Shown here one piece after another: positions 12,733 through 25,867 of a DNA stretch of 64,000 nucleotides (positions are counted from its first letter, which is position 1; each line of letters begins with the position of its first letter). The notes under the pieces are model-generated. The model was not told the origin of the DNA and did no database searches. It was given only the letters and a program-made list of their open reading frames with translations. The DNA comes from Octopus sinensis (Eukaryota). Both the position numbers and the translations under genes were made by a program. The stretch lies in NCBI RefSeq assembly GCF_006345805.1, contig NC_043001.1, positions 43,152,001 through 43,216,000 of the forward strand, read 5' to 3'.

Positions 12733-13616
12733 CGTGCAAGTGTGTGTGAGAGCTAAGTTTGATAATTTTTTATTCTCCTTTTTTCAGAAACAATTTGATG
12801 TGTTAGTGAACAGTCAACAGCATTGGAGAGCATAAATATTAAAGTTGTAGTTGAAAAAAACTTAGCCGACATGAAAAATTTATAGCCATCAGAATATTGG
12901 AAAAGTGTTATCTGTATCATGATGATTTATGCAGGTATCAAAATGCTGACATCATGACTGCTGCTCAATGCTCTGTGAACACTGTAAAGGCTGTAAGATG
13001 TGACATGGACAGCTGCAATGGAGTTTATGAAACCGTGGTTAACAGGAAGGAACATAGTAGGCATTCTGACCGCATCCACATGCTGGAATTCATCCTATCT
13101 TTAAACAGATGGCTATGTGCAGCTACTGGAGGCTGTGGTAAATTTCTGGCTGGAGAGGACTGCTGCTGAAAAGCCATATGTGTGGCTGCAGGATTTGGCT
13201 CCTTGTCATACCTCTGAAAACAATCAGAAGTAGTTGTCAGAGAATTTCTGGCTTCACCAGCCCCAATTTCAGATTTCCTAATTCCTTCAGTTGTAATCCC
13301 ATGGTTTACTATGTGTGGAGGTGCAGTTGAGGAAGACATCAACTACTCTACCTGCAACACCAAGGCCAAGCAGGTAGCCAAGATCAAAGAGGTGTTCAAA
13401 GATCTTCCCAGGAACATATGCACCAGATTCTTGAGCTGTCTTAAGGCTGGGGTAGAAGCTGAGAGCAGCTCATTAGAGTAAACTGTTATCTTCCAACCAT
13501 AATAAAATTGATATTTTTTGATTTTTTAAAAACTACTTTTACTTTTGGTTGAGATATTGTTTTATTTTCCTTTTATGCAAACTGTCAAATTTAGCCTAAA
13601 CACCCTGTATATATGT

Positions 13617-13649
<33 letters not shown>

Positions 13650-13659
13650 CAGAGAGAGA

Positions 13660-13865
13660 GAATGTCTGTTACCTAGGCAACAAAGTTAGCATTGGAGGAG
13701 GATGCTCTGAAAATGTAGTTGTTACAATAAGAACAGGCTGGCCAAAGTTCAGAGTTACTACTGTTATTGGCAACAAATAGCCTCTCCCTCCGAATGAAAG
13801 ACAAATTGTATTATCTGTGTATGGCTGAGATTACAGTGGATATACAAAAGCTTGAAAGAAATAAC
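13660..13865 (+). mobile_element. RTE LINE RT fragment
   Basis: GGGCSENVVVTIRTGWPKF...LATNSLSLRMKDKLY; homologous to the ~3.5-kb RTE fragment. Confidence 0.6.
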
Positions 13866-13909
13866 GACGATGGTGGTGGTGATGATGATATATACATATA
13901 TATATCATC

Positions 13910-14150
13910 ATCATCATCATCGTTTAACATCTGCTTTCCATGCTAGCATGGGTTAGACGATTTGACTGAACCAGATGGCTGCACCAGGCTCCAATCTTGA
14001 TCTGGCAGAGTATCTACAGTTGGATGCCCTTCCTAACGCCAACCACTCTGAGTGTTGTGGGTGCTTTTATGTACCACCGGCATGAGGGCCAGTCAAGTGG
14101 TACTGGCAACAGCCACCCTCAAATGGTGTTTTTTACATGCCACCTGCACA
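13910..14150 (-). repeat. RTE-tail-derived repeat ending in (CAT)n
   Basis: (CAT)n CGTTTAACATCTGCTTTCCATGCTAGCATGGG...GGATGCCCTTCCTAACGCC. Confidence 0.75.
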
Positions 14151-14163
14151 TAAAAACCATATA

Positions 14164-14217
<54 letters not shown>

Positions 14218-14475
14218 TATATTTATATATATAAAGTGAGATAGGGGTTATGAGTGTAACCCACTATGGGATATCATTTATCCAATATACTGCCAGTATC
14301 CATTTTATATGTATTATTCTTATGGTATTATCTTACTTATTGATGTATATTGATTTATTCTGTTGGATTTGGATGTTCCTATTTAATCTAAATAATTAGT
14401 TAATAAATTATATGAATTGGTATTATCTGGTAGTTGATGATTGAAAGAAATCTATTCCTCCATTTTCTTATTTTG

Positions 14476-14546
<71 letters not shown>

Positions 14547-14670
14547 ATACACATATTTATATTTACGTATATATACATATATTTATATATATATACATAT
14601 ATATATATACATATATATATACATATATATTATATATGTATATATATGTATATATATGTATATATATATA

Positions 14671-17600
14671 TCCAATAGATGCAGGATGGCTACCACAGAC
14701 ACCAACACACACACCACAAAAATATTTCTACTGAATGTAGGAGGGCTGCTGCGCGGAAACTGTAAAAGGAAAATCTCATTCCTGAGAGACCTTGTGACAT
14801 GCAATCAAGCTATATGCATGGCACTCACAGAAACGCATCTTGAACCTGATATAGGTGATGCAGAAATACACATGCCGCAATATGCAGTCATACGCACAGA
14901 TAGAAAAGGGAGGAGCCATGGTGGAGTTGCAATGTACATCCGAGATGACCTCACGCCCCAGGTCCTGTTGTCATATTCAAACTCAGTGTGTGAAACTCAA
15001 ATTGTACACATAAGACAACTGAATATCGTCATATGCACTACATATCGCCCACCAGATGCCCCAAATCACTCAGGCATGTTTGAAGACTGCCTAACAAAAA
15101 TAGGAGAAGTCCTCACCAACCTTGAACAACACAACAGTGTATTCTTCATGGGTGACTTTAACTTCCCCAATGTGGAATGGCCTGGGGGTGCAGATGCTCT
15201 CAGGGATGACACACCATCAGCAGGCACAGGCAGAGTCCCTGCTCCATCTCACAAATGCCTCTTTCATGGAGCAAATAGTTCTGCAACCAACAAGGGCAGA
15301 TAATATACTGGATCTCTGCTTCACAAACAATATGGATATTATCCATAATGTTAATGTGATGCCGACAATGATCTCGGATCACAACATAATAGAGCTGTCT
15401 ATGTATGGACCAAAAGCCCCCGTAGACACACAGCCTATACGAAGCATCCACCATCTCTCCAACTTAAACTTTCATAAAGCAAACTGGAAGTTGATTGAGA
15501 AAGAGATCCTCAAACAGGATTGGCCTAAATGTCTCTCCACACCAGACATTAACATGAAACAAAAACACTTCATGTCCATAATACAAAGCATATGTGACAA
15601 ATATGTCCCAGTGTGCAGGGCCAGCACACACAAAAACAAAAACAGGATCCCTAGAGAAAGGAAGATTCTTATGAGACGACGGACAAGGATTGCGAACCGC
15701 CTGAGCAAGCACACCAAAAGTGGTGAGAAGTCTCGGCTCGAGAGAATGCTAATGGAAATTGAGAAAAGTCTGCATCAGTCCCATGAAAAGGAGAGAGTAG
15801 ATAAAGAAGCTTGGGTAATAGAAAATATAAAATCAAACCCTAAAGCTTTCTTTAAGTTTGCCAAAGAGACAGCCACAGTGCACCAGAGAATAGGACCTCT
15901 CTTCCAAAAAGATGGCTCTCTCACGGGAAATCCCACGAGGATAAGTGAAATACTGAACGAACAATTCCAAAGTGTGTTCACTACACCTCTAGGACACAGG
16001 CAAGTAAACAACCCAGAAGAATTCTTTGCCACTTTACCTGTGGCCAAAGAGGCAAAAATTGAGTACATCAACATCAAAGATGATGATATCACACTAGCCA
16101 TAGATGAGATTGACACAAACTCAGCTGCTGGACCTGATGGATTCCCAATGATCCTTCTCAAATCGTGCAAACGAGCCCTTGCAAAACCGCTACAGCTTCT
16201 TTTTCAGAGCTTTCTTGCAAGTGGTAAACTCCCAGTCAAATTGAAAGAGAGGGTTATATGCCCTATCCATAAGGGAGGTAGCAGAGCAGATGCTAAAAAT
16301 TATAGGCCTATCTCTCTGACCTCACACATCAGCAAAGTCATGGAACAAATAGTCCGCAAGAAACTAATCCTGTTCCTTGAAGAAAATGACTTGCTGTCTG
16401 ACACCCAGCATGGATTTCGACCAGGTAGAAGCTGCCTAACACAGCTCCTGCAACACTATGACTGGGTGTTGAAACAGCTACTAAATGGCTCAAATGTGGA
16501 TGTAATATATCTCGACTTTGCAAAAGCCTTTGATAAAGTCGACCATGGTATGATCTGTCACAAACTGCGTGGTCTCGGCATAGGCGGAAAACTTGGAGAG
16601 TGGCTGCACAACTTCCTAAAAGACAGAAGACAGGCAGTTGTGAGCAATGGAGCCACCTCGAAGGAAACACAAATAACAAGTGGTGTCCCACAGGGCACTG
16701 TCTTGGGGCCACTGATGTTCATAGTGGCCCTTTCAGACATGCCTTCAGTTGTTACGATGACCACTCTTGCTAGCTATGCAGATGACACAAAAGTCTCCCA
16801 CACAATACAAAACCCTGAAAATATTGCGCATCTGCAACAGGAGTTGGACACAATATACAGGTGGGCTGAGGACAACAACATGCAGTTTAATGCAGGTAAG
16901 TTCCAGGCCCTGCGCTACTGGCACACAAAGGTAAACGACATGCAGACTGGATACACTGGCCCAGGAAGAATTGCAATCCCTGAGTCAAAATCAGTGCGTG
17001 ACCTGGGCATTGACACGAGCAATGATGCATCTTTCCAAGTGCATATTACTAATCTGGTGATAAAATGCAGACGGCTAGCTGGATGGATTCTCCGAACTTT
17101 CAGAACAAGAGAGAAGGAGACACTGATGGTCCTATGGAAAACATTCGTCCTCAGCCACTTGGACTACTGCTCCCACCTATGGTCACCACACAATATAAAA
17201 CTAACAGCAGAACTCGAAGCAATTCAGAGAAGCTACACAAAGAAAATCGTCTCAATGCAAAATATCAGCTACTGGGAAAGACTGAAAGTATTAAACCTCT
17301 TCTCCCTAGAGCGGAGGTGGGAGAGATATGCAGTGATATACATCTGGAAAATCCTGGAGGGTCTTGTCCCAAACTTTGGCATTCAAAGTTACCCCAACCG
17401 CAGAATGGGGCGCCACTGCATGGTGCCAAAGATTCCAACATCACCATCAAAATACAGGTCCAGATACTGCAACAGCTTGGGTTTCAGAGGACCACAGCTC
17501 TTTAACATCCTCCCTAAATGCCTGAGAGACTTACATGGTGTGGATGTGGGTTTCTTTAAAACTAAACTGGATCTCTTCTTGTCGGGAGTCCCAGATGAAC

Positions 17601-17765
17601 CTACCTCATGACAGGAGACGCAGATGCGGGCAGCAGCATCGAACTCCCTTGTTGATCAAGTGCCACGTATCAGAGGTGGATTCACATATTAGTGTAGCTC
17701 ATTCAGCAGTGGTGCCCCAGCATCGCCGCGGCCTACGAGCTAAAACATTTTTAAGGATTTAAGGA
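14671..17765 (+). mobile_element. Near-intact CR1/L2/Jockey-group LINE (APE + RT ORF2) inserted in a (TA)n tract
   Basis: APE motifs [35 protein letters not shown]; RT motifs NYRPISLTS, QHGFRPGRSC, YLDFAKAFDKV, GVPQGTVLGP, YADD. TA-rich microsatellite on both flanks. Confidence 0.95.
14686..17611 (+). pseudogene. LINE ORF2, ~974 aa if one extra G at 15184-15188 is removed
   Basis: Frame A (MATTDT...VEWP) switches to frame B (GVQMLSG...PDEPTS*) at CCTGGGGGTG. Confidence 0.85.
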
Positions 17766-17791
17766 TATATATATATATATATATATATATA

Positions 17792-17986
17792 CTGTTGTGT
17801 CGGAAGAGAGTCATTCTCTTTTGGTGCCTTATAATTTAACACACTCACTGGTAAATTTTTCACTTATTTCTTTTTCATTTTTCTAAAATTTTCATTGCAT
17901 CTTGCAACCTTTTCAATAGTTTTTGACTATTGAAAAGGTTAAATTTTAAGGCACCAAAAGAGAATGACTCTTCCCAGACACAACAG
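17792..17986. mobile_element. Palindromic MITE (~47-bp TIRs plus an internal 15-bp hairpin)
   Basis: CTGTTGTGTC.GGAAGAGAGTCATTCTCTTTTGGTGCCTTA pairs with ...TAAGGCACCAAAAGAGAATGACTCTTCCCAGACACAACAG; internal AACCTTTTCAATAGT / ACTATTGAAAAGGTT. Confidence 0.85.
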
Positions 17987-18410
17987 AATATGCTTCAACA
18001 CACAAACTCACATAAAGAACCTTGCAAACCAAATCCAAAAACAAAATACATACATATAAATATATATATAAAATTTAGATTTAATTACACATTGTGTTAA
18101 CCTCATGAAGGGATGGTTTCATCCAAGGAAATACTGGTTTAATACCTAGTATTTTGGGGGAATGAAATTTAGGTTTCAATTTTATATCTTTATTACTGAT
18201 TTTTCATATGTTTGAATTAGTTTATTACTGTTAGTTTGTAACAATAAAGTTCCTGAATCCATATTCAATGTTTCCAGATTTTCACAGTCTCCAGGAATAA
18301 AGTAAATTTGGCTTCTGTATTGTTTATCATATAATGGCAAATATTTGTAGACTTTACTACCAAAGGGGTTTTTACTTCCTAAAAATTTCAAATATCCTTA
18401 CTGCATCATG

Positions 18411-18458
<48 letters not shown>

Positions 18459-20649
18459 ATATATATATATGCTGAGAGAGAATTTTCCTTTAATGAGTAG
18501 AAAGGAGATCCTATTTGTACAGTTATTGCTGTACTTAATTTGCTTAATTTTACTTTTGTTTGATATTGTCCTTCTTGATTTTAGCAAATTTGTTTTTGTC
18601 TATGAGTAAGTTATTAATTCTTGCATATTTGTCTCCATCCACAATTATGAACATATTACTTTTGTCATTCTTATAAATTTCTGTTGTTAACTCTTAAGTC
18701 ACATAATGCTTTTAAAGTTGTTCTTTTTATTTAATATTTGTTATTTTGTAGGATTATGTTTTTATTACATCCACTGCAAAATAGACCTTCACATTTATCA
18801 TACATGAATGTGTTTATGTATGTGTATGTATGTGAGGAGAGAGAGAGAGAGAGAGAGAGAGCACAATACGAAACAGAAACTAGTGCAATTTGCAGCTTTA
18901 CAATTTATAATTCATCCTCAGTTTAATTCTATAAGTCAACCGACTCATAAGCATATAATAATCTCTTCTTTACATACTCCTTGTCCATTATGAGAAAATG
19001 CAGGATTTTCTTCTCTTTCTTTTTCTATCAATTATCTACTGTTCCTACTCAAAAGTTTTCTGCACACTCCTCTATATATTCTGAACAACAGGCCACCTAC
19101 ATATATACAGTCTGCTGATTAGAAATGTGAAGTGAGATAAGTATGTATGGCGGGGGAGTGTATCAATGCCTCTGAACATTTTGAAGAGAACTGCATCAAA
19201 CATACAAAAGTTGAAACAAGATACATATCACATTCTGTTCCTTCTAGCCTGGAAACAGATTAACTACTCTCTTCCATTCATGACATGAGATTTGCCATGG
19301 TTCTATGAAATATCTATCTACTTCAGTTTTTTAAAAATATGATGTCATGTAGAGTGGGGTCGCCTTCTTAATTCCAATGCAAAGCTTTGCTGGCATGATA
19401 GAAGTTGTTCAAACCTAAACACTAACTATAATGTTCAGAGGTCTGTTCTTAGTTCGTTGAAACACTGCTTCATTTCATTGATGTAATATCCTGTTTACAC
19501 AATCAACCATGAAATATGTTTGTGGTTTATTCCAAAGTCCCAATGGAATTAGCAAACTAGTTGTTCTATCAAACATAATATTCAAATATATTAAGATAGC
19601 TTTTATAACTTCAGACACTGATCTCTCTCTCACACACACACACACACATTTCAGCAATAGTGTCATACAATATTACTCTATACTGGCTCTTCATATATTG
19701 GTCACTGAGACATCTAAAACTTACAGACTTCATTCTTCACAACTCACACTCTTCTAATATCTTAATATTTCACCACAAGGATTTAGAGATGCTGTATTTT
19801 TTTTTTTTTTTTGCTACCATTATGATGGGCTACATTTTTTTTTTCTGTAACTGGTTGTCTTTTGAAAATATAACAAAATGCAAATATTTCCATTTTAATA
19901 AAAGTTACATGTGTAAATTCTGAAAAATATACAATACAAATGAAGGGAAAATGAAAAAAGAAATCTGAACATTATGAAATAAAACAAATGTATATGAAAT
20001 TTTATTTGATATATTTGGGAATTGGTTAGAGGAATCTGGTATTGATTTCCATTTGAATTATATTTATTTAATGGAACAGTAAATGCAGAAAGAGTAAATC
20101 GTTTCAAAATCGATTGCCTTTAATTAAAGTTCATTTGTGTCCATTATGTTAATGTTAATAAATATTTAAAGTGGTGATTCCATAAAAAGAACTTCTTGAC
20201 AAAAAGCTCAATTTCACATAAAAATTTTAAATAAAACATGTTAGATTGCTTTCAAGTTCTTGTGAATAAGTGTTTACATGAGGGAATATAAAAATAGTGC
20301 TCTTGTTGGATTGGAATAACTCATTCATTTAAGGATAAAAGCAAAATAACGTCAACGTAAAATATATAAGGATCAACCAAACTGCACACCATGTATTACT
20401 AGAGTAGCAAAATAGAGTGGATTATGAATGAATAAGTATACAGAATCATAGCCTTATGTATTTTGAATCACTGGAAATTAGGACCATGAGACCCTTTTCC
20501 ACGGTTTAGGATGTGGATTAAAGCAACTTGTTTCATTGGTATTTTACAAGTTATTAAGATTTATTCACCTTTCCTTCTTTCCTCCAGAGTCTATAAATTT
20601 CACAGCATGCTCCAGGACATATAAATTCTCTATCTGAAACAAATGCTAA

Positions 20650-21240
20650 GGCAGTGAGCCAGCGGAATCATTAATACTTAGCAGGTTATTTGCTATGAGT
20701 CTTCATATTGTGAGTTCAAGTCCTTCCAAGATTGCTTTACCTTTTATTTTTCTGGGGTTGATAAAATAAAATACCTATCTAGTACTGGGACTGATGGTAT
20801 CGACAACCCCCTCTTCACATGACTGTAGGCCAAGTGTCTATATGAGAAACCATATATGAAAAATAGCTGTTTGTTTGCATTACTCTGACACATTGGTTTC
20901 AACCAACTAGATCAAAGTCGCTGTCCTGTGGTTGTTGAATTAATGTTCTTTTCAAGATCATAACGAACGAACGAGCGCCCAATAATAATAGTACAGCAAG
21001 GCTACAGATATCTAATGTATAAATACAATTATAAGTAACGCTAAAGTTGCCAGCGAAGAAAATATAAAGTCTAAGGGAAATAACTCCAAAATAATAGCTT
21101 CTAATATAAGCACAAAGCCAGAAATTTGGGAGGAGCTTTGACTGGTACTTTATTTTATTGACTACAAAAAGATGAAATGCAAAGTTTTGAACTCAGAACA
21201 AAAACAAATACTGCAAGGCATTTTGTCAGATGGCCTATTC
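20650..21240. mobile_element. Two decayed SINE family B fragments (+ at ~20650-20850, - at ~21100-21240)
   Basis: GAGTTCAAGTCC...GGGGTTGATAAAATAAA...AGTACTGGG, and the reverse complement GACTGGTACTTTATTTTATTGAC...TTGAACTCAGAAC. Confidence 0.55.
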
Positions 21241-22752
21241 TCAAAAGTAATAACTGCATCTAATATACAAAATGAATCATCTTTATTTTACCATACTAGT
21301 ATCGATTTCAATTGAGTACATGTTTTTGTACTAATTAAATAAGTCAGATAGATAGAGATACAATTTACAAAAATATAAACCAAAGCAACCTGTTAAGGGT
21401 GCAGGAATACATGTGAGGTTAAGAAGCTACCGACACAAGCACATGATTCTGATTTTGCAGTAATTTGGACGTCTACTCCCATAGCTTTGAATAGACAGCT
21501 GCAGCAGATATATGAGATGTGTGCAGTTAGGATTAAATAACGTTTTATTTGTCCATTATAGTTCTCAAATTTACGTACAGTTTTACTCAATATAGATAAA
21601 AATTATTTTCTATAAATTCAAATATATTACAATTTTCGAAACAAGTTTAAAAAAATATAGGTTGACCAGTTTTTTTTTTTTTCAGTCACTTTATAAATGA
21701 AAGGTTGTGTTGTTAAATTTCAAGCTTTCATAAAATATGAAGTTTGGTGAAATCAAAGAGATTGTAGTAGTTTAATAGCTTAGTATGACAAGTTTGAGAG
21801 TAAAATGTATAAAGTGTACTTCCAATATAAGAAGCATTGGTAATGCCTCAATCGTTGTTTGTGTATGTCATAATTCAAACACAAAAGAACAAATATTTCA
21901 CAGTTGTATGGGTTTTGTCCAACCCATGTCAGCTTTGAAAAGTAAACATTAAAACGATGATGACAATGATGGCAACAATAAAATTAACAATGAGGAAATC
22001 CATGACTATGATAGAGAAATCTATCATAGTTCAAGTAACTGCTTATTCCAAATATACAAATATATATATATTTTTTTTGTATGTTAGCCTTAGATGGAAA
22101 AGAAACGCTCCATTCTAAACTGGAAATATTAAAATAACAATATAGAGTTCACTTTGAACAGTTGTAAGTAAGGCTAATAGTTGAATGGAAAATGTAGACA
22201 GAAAAAGGGAGAGTTACAAATTGATGTGACATCACAGAGATATGACTAAAGTTCATTGCTAATGCACTCTTCATGGTAATGGCTATTGTTCTTCCTAACA
22301 CCAATACTTAACCATCAAATAGAAACGGATAAATGTTATTAATGCAAAGAGCACAACACATTACTGTGTCCGCTCCACTCTAAGCACCCATCCTATTTAT
22401 CTCCCTTGCTTCATCACCTGTCTCATCTCTCAGATCCCACACAAAATACCACAGCCAGCCCTTCTTTCTTTTAAACAGTTAGTCTCCAGAAGCCCCTAAC
22501 CACTCACACTTTTCTAGCAAACACTGACCCACAGCTATTGAAGCTGACTATGAATCAGGTGGGGTGGGGACTGCAAAGATAATAAGCATTCATTCCATAG
22601 TGTAATAAATATCATGTCTTGATATATAAACTATTATTGGTTGTCATACACCTAAGAGCACTGTTTACAATAAGCCTGTTATTATTATGAAACTAGTAAA
22701 TCAGTATTCCTGAGCCAAGTTACTATTAAAAGAATTTTACAAAACTGTTTAA

Positions 22753-23078
22753 CCCCTTCCCAGTGACTTTTTTTTTGGAGAAATCATTTCAGTTTCAAAC
22801 TTTTTTATCAGACAAGCTTGCACTCTCATCTGATGTATCCAAGCTTCTAATAGAAGTTTCATACTCATTATCATCTGAGCTCAACATCTGAATATAATTT
22901 GTAAAAAAATAATAATAATAAAATTTTTTAAATAAAAACTGTGAGAAATGCCAAGAATTGACATATAAACTTGTTTGTGGTTGCTTTTGAAATTATGTTT
23001 TGGACGAGTTTACTCATTGCACTCCAAAAAAGACAAATTGGGTGAAGACAAGTTAACTCGTCTTTGCTGAGTAAGGGG
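22753..23078. mobile_element. piggyBac-like non-autonomous element (TTAA-flanked)
   Basis: TTAA|CCCCTT...AAGGGG|TTAA, with subterminal GAC(G/A)AGTT(T/A)ACTC repeats. Confidence 0.6.
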
Positions 23079-24892
23079 TTAAGAAAAATTATGCAGGAGT
23101 AAAAGGAGTGGGCTAATAATCATATTATCAGAAGTTCAAACTAGGCAACAACCATTATGATGTATTACCTTGAGAAAGTACATATTTCTTGCTTATCTGC
23201 CCATCTTTGTTTTTTTTAAGTGCCAGCTAGAAGGAAGGACTATATGCATGATCTTTACAGGCTCTAAAAGACTGCAAACTAATTTGATTAATATTCTGCT
23301 GGAACAATCGCAAGTTAACATCTGTTAGAAAAACATAGCTGGGTCAGGAATTCCAGTTGGTTGATGTCCTTAGGTAGAAGGATTGGAGTAAGTGGTTACT
23401 GTGGAACTTGTGGGAGAAGATAAAGGATGGATGCCAAGAAGAGGAGAGACAAATGTGGCCAGTAAGTTTGAAAAAAAGTGGTAAGCAGTTACTAGCTAAT
23501 TTTGAGAAGATAGGACTATTGTAATAGTAGTAGTAGTTGTAGTAATAGTAAAAAAAACAGTGAGGTGGTCTCCAATCAGAGCTAACTGGAAGACACACAA
23601 CAACAAAAACACATGCTCTGAAAATGATTAATTTTACAAAAAATATAACTTGAAAATGAAAAATTAAGAAGACAAGTAAAATACAAGCAAAAATAAAAAA
23701 TGTAAATATAAATAAACATGTAAAAATAAAGCACAAATATAAATAAACATGTAAAAGCAAAAATACTTTAAAAAGTCAATTTTAAACTAAGATTCAAGCA
23801 GAAGTATGTAACAACAGAAGTGGAGGATGGTATGGTAAAGTAGAGAATGCCAAGACTTCAATAATAATTTATTTCATCTAACCTTTTACTGAATCAACAC
23901 AATGCTTTTTCTTACAGTCACTTGTATTATTGATGATTAAAGAAAGAAAACCAGAGTCAAAAGACCTTAAACTTGTACATCAGAAAATATGCAACTAAAA
24001 ATATTTCAAGGCATTTGGTTTGGTGGTAGATTGTCTTGGTAAAAGTGGCACCAATAATGGTTTCTAAGCTTTCAAAGAAAAACTGAAACCATTGTTATTT
24101 GCTTCTACAGTCATAAAAATAATATATTTAGAATTACTTAATAATTAATTGGGAGACATTATCCAGATGCAAGTTAGTACTAACATATTTAAGACATGGA
24201 GTATAAAGAAACCAACTAGAAATATATATGGCAACAGGAAAAAAAAATCAATGATTAATATTACACTACAATTTTCCAAAAACATGCTAGGCATCTTTTT
24301 GGTCTTACTCTGGTCTCCTCAGCTAAGTATAGTGATGAAGAAATCAATAAATAGACAAGATTATACATTGATTGGCAAAGGAAATTACAAGTACTTTTTT
24401 AGAAAATGGATAATGCAGCAACATAACCTGTACAGTAAGTAATAGATAAAGTTTTGTGTCAGCAAATTTAAAACAGGGAATATTAAAAAAGTTAGCTAGA
24501 AATAACAATATAGTGATATCTTCCAAGGATAGTAGGGGAGACAATTTCACACGTTTTCAGTCTTATTCTGATTTCAGTCACAAATACTACCTCAGTACTT
24601 TCTGAAACATGATGAATCAATATACGAGTGTATGTATGCATATACCTATGTATATCTACACACATATATATATATATATATATACACCACATATACAATT
24701 ACACCTACATACCATCTTCCCCTACCCTGCAACATATATTTGTATGCCTTCTCACACCCCCATACCAACACAAACACTTCCACTTATAGCATTTCTGTAC
24801 AGATAGCCTCCTGTATATGCACACACCATTTCTTCTCTTATAGAACAGCATTCTCCGACCACCTTTCCACACACATTTCTTCTATGTTTTCT

Positions 24893-24930
24893 TTCTTCTG
24901 ACAAAAGACTAGTGTCTGAAACATCAAGGA
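24893..24930 (+). ncRNA. Decayed minimal hammerhead ribozyme-like motif (PLE-type)
   Basis: TTCTT-CTGACAA-A-AGAC(TAGT)GTCT-GAAAC-ATC-AAGGA: stem I, CUGAnGA-like core, stem II, GAAA, cleavage triplet. Confidence 0.5.
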
Positions 24931-25087
24931 CCTTTTTTTCTTTTTAAGTGTTACACTAATACATTTGCGTTTTTATTTTTGTGTGTGTTCATTGCCTTCA
25001 TGTATATGTGTATAGTTAAAGCAAATAAACAAACAAAAGGACGTGCACATGGAATGTATTAGTTTGACACTCAGTAAAAAGAGAGAG

Positions 25088-25124
25088 CTTTTGATGTTTC
25101 AAGCATAGCTCTTCATCCAAAGAA
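25088..25124 (-). ncRNA. Second decayed minimal hammerhead-like motif
   Basis: Minus strand TTCTT-TGGATGA-A-GAGC(TAT)GCTT-GAAAC-ATC-AAAAG; shares a downstream tail with the + copy. Confidence 0.45.
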
Positions 25125-25828
25125 GGGGGGAAAATCACCAACAGAATGTGTGTAGTTACATTGCTGAAGTGACCAGAAGTGAAAAGAGATAAAGTGGTTT
25201 TTTGGGACAGGAGAGTGTAAAGATGGCCAGTGTATGTGTGTGCGTGGTAATATCTGTGTTTATATGAGAGATGTATGTATAAGGATGTGAGTTAACAAGC
25301 AGCTTAGTGGCTAATATTCGATTCAGTCAAGAGAGGTGAGACAAGGTGAAAAGTGTGAGTGGGTGGGTGTGGCTATGAATGTTTACATGAGCATATGACA
25401 GAGTGGGAATGTGTATATGAGTGCATGTGAAGTCATATATGGAGGTATGTGCATGTGCTTGAGCATGTGAGAGGCTATGTGCATATCAGTGTATACATGC
25501 ATGTATATATGAGCATACGAGTGCGTGAGAGGTGAAATGACTAGTGTGTGTTGGTATTGTTGTTTTTACATGTTTGTGTGCACGTATGTGTATACATACA
25601 TATTTATGTATGTATATAGACACACACACAATGTGTACATATATATATGCTTCATTCTTACAACTTTTTTCCATGCTAGCATGAGTTAGGTGACTGTTAT
25701 TGAAGATTTTATTTTACAGCTGGATGCCATCCCTGTCACCAACCCTGTTTTTCAAGAAGGGGTTGTCATTTCACAATTCTTCAAAGGCACAAAGCCAGTG
25801 GACAATTTGGTGATATGGCCATACATGT

Positions 25829-25867
<39 letters not shown>

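Larger units (their letters stand above)
10983..13607. repeat. Near-identical tandem duplication (10983-12251 and 12361-13607) separated and bounded by (TG)n
   Basis: I noticed only a 1-nt indel, one A/G substitution and microsatellite length differences between the copies. Confidence 0.95.

Noticed and set aside
11541-13342. Duplicated 90-aa and 105-aa ORFs as a tandem gene pair
   Set aside because: They are off-frame or antisense readings of a decayed mariner-like element inside the duplication.
15200-17762. Small overlapping ORFs within the LINE
   Set aside because: They are alternative-frame or antisense shadows of the RT ORF.
23344-23760. 138-aa hydrophobic ORF as a membrane protein
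   Set aside because: It is the antisense reading of A-rich low-complexity DNA, with no splice signals or family motif.
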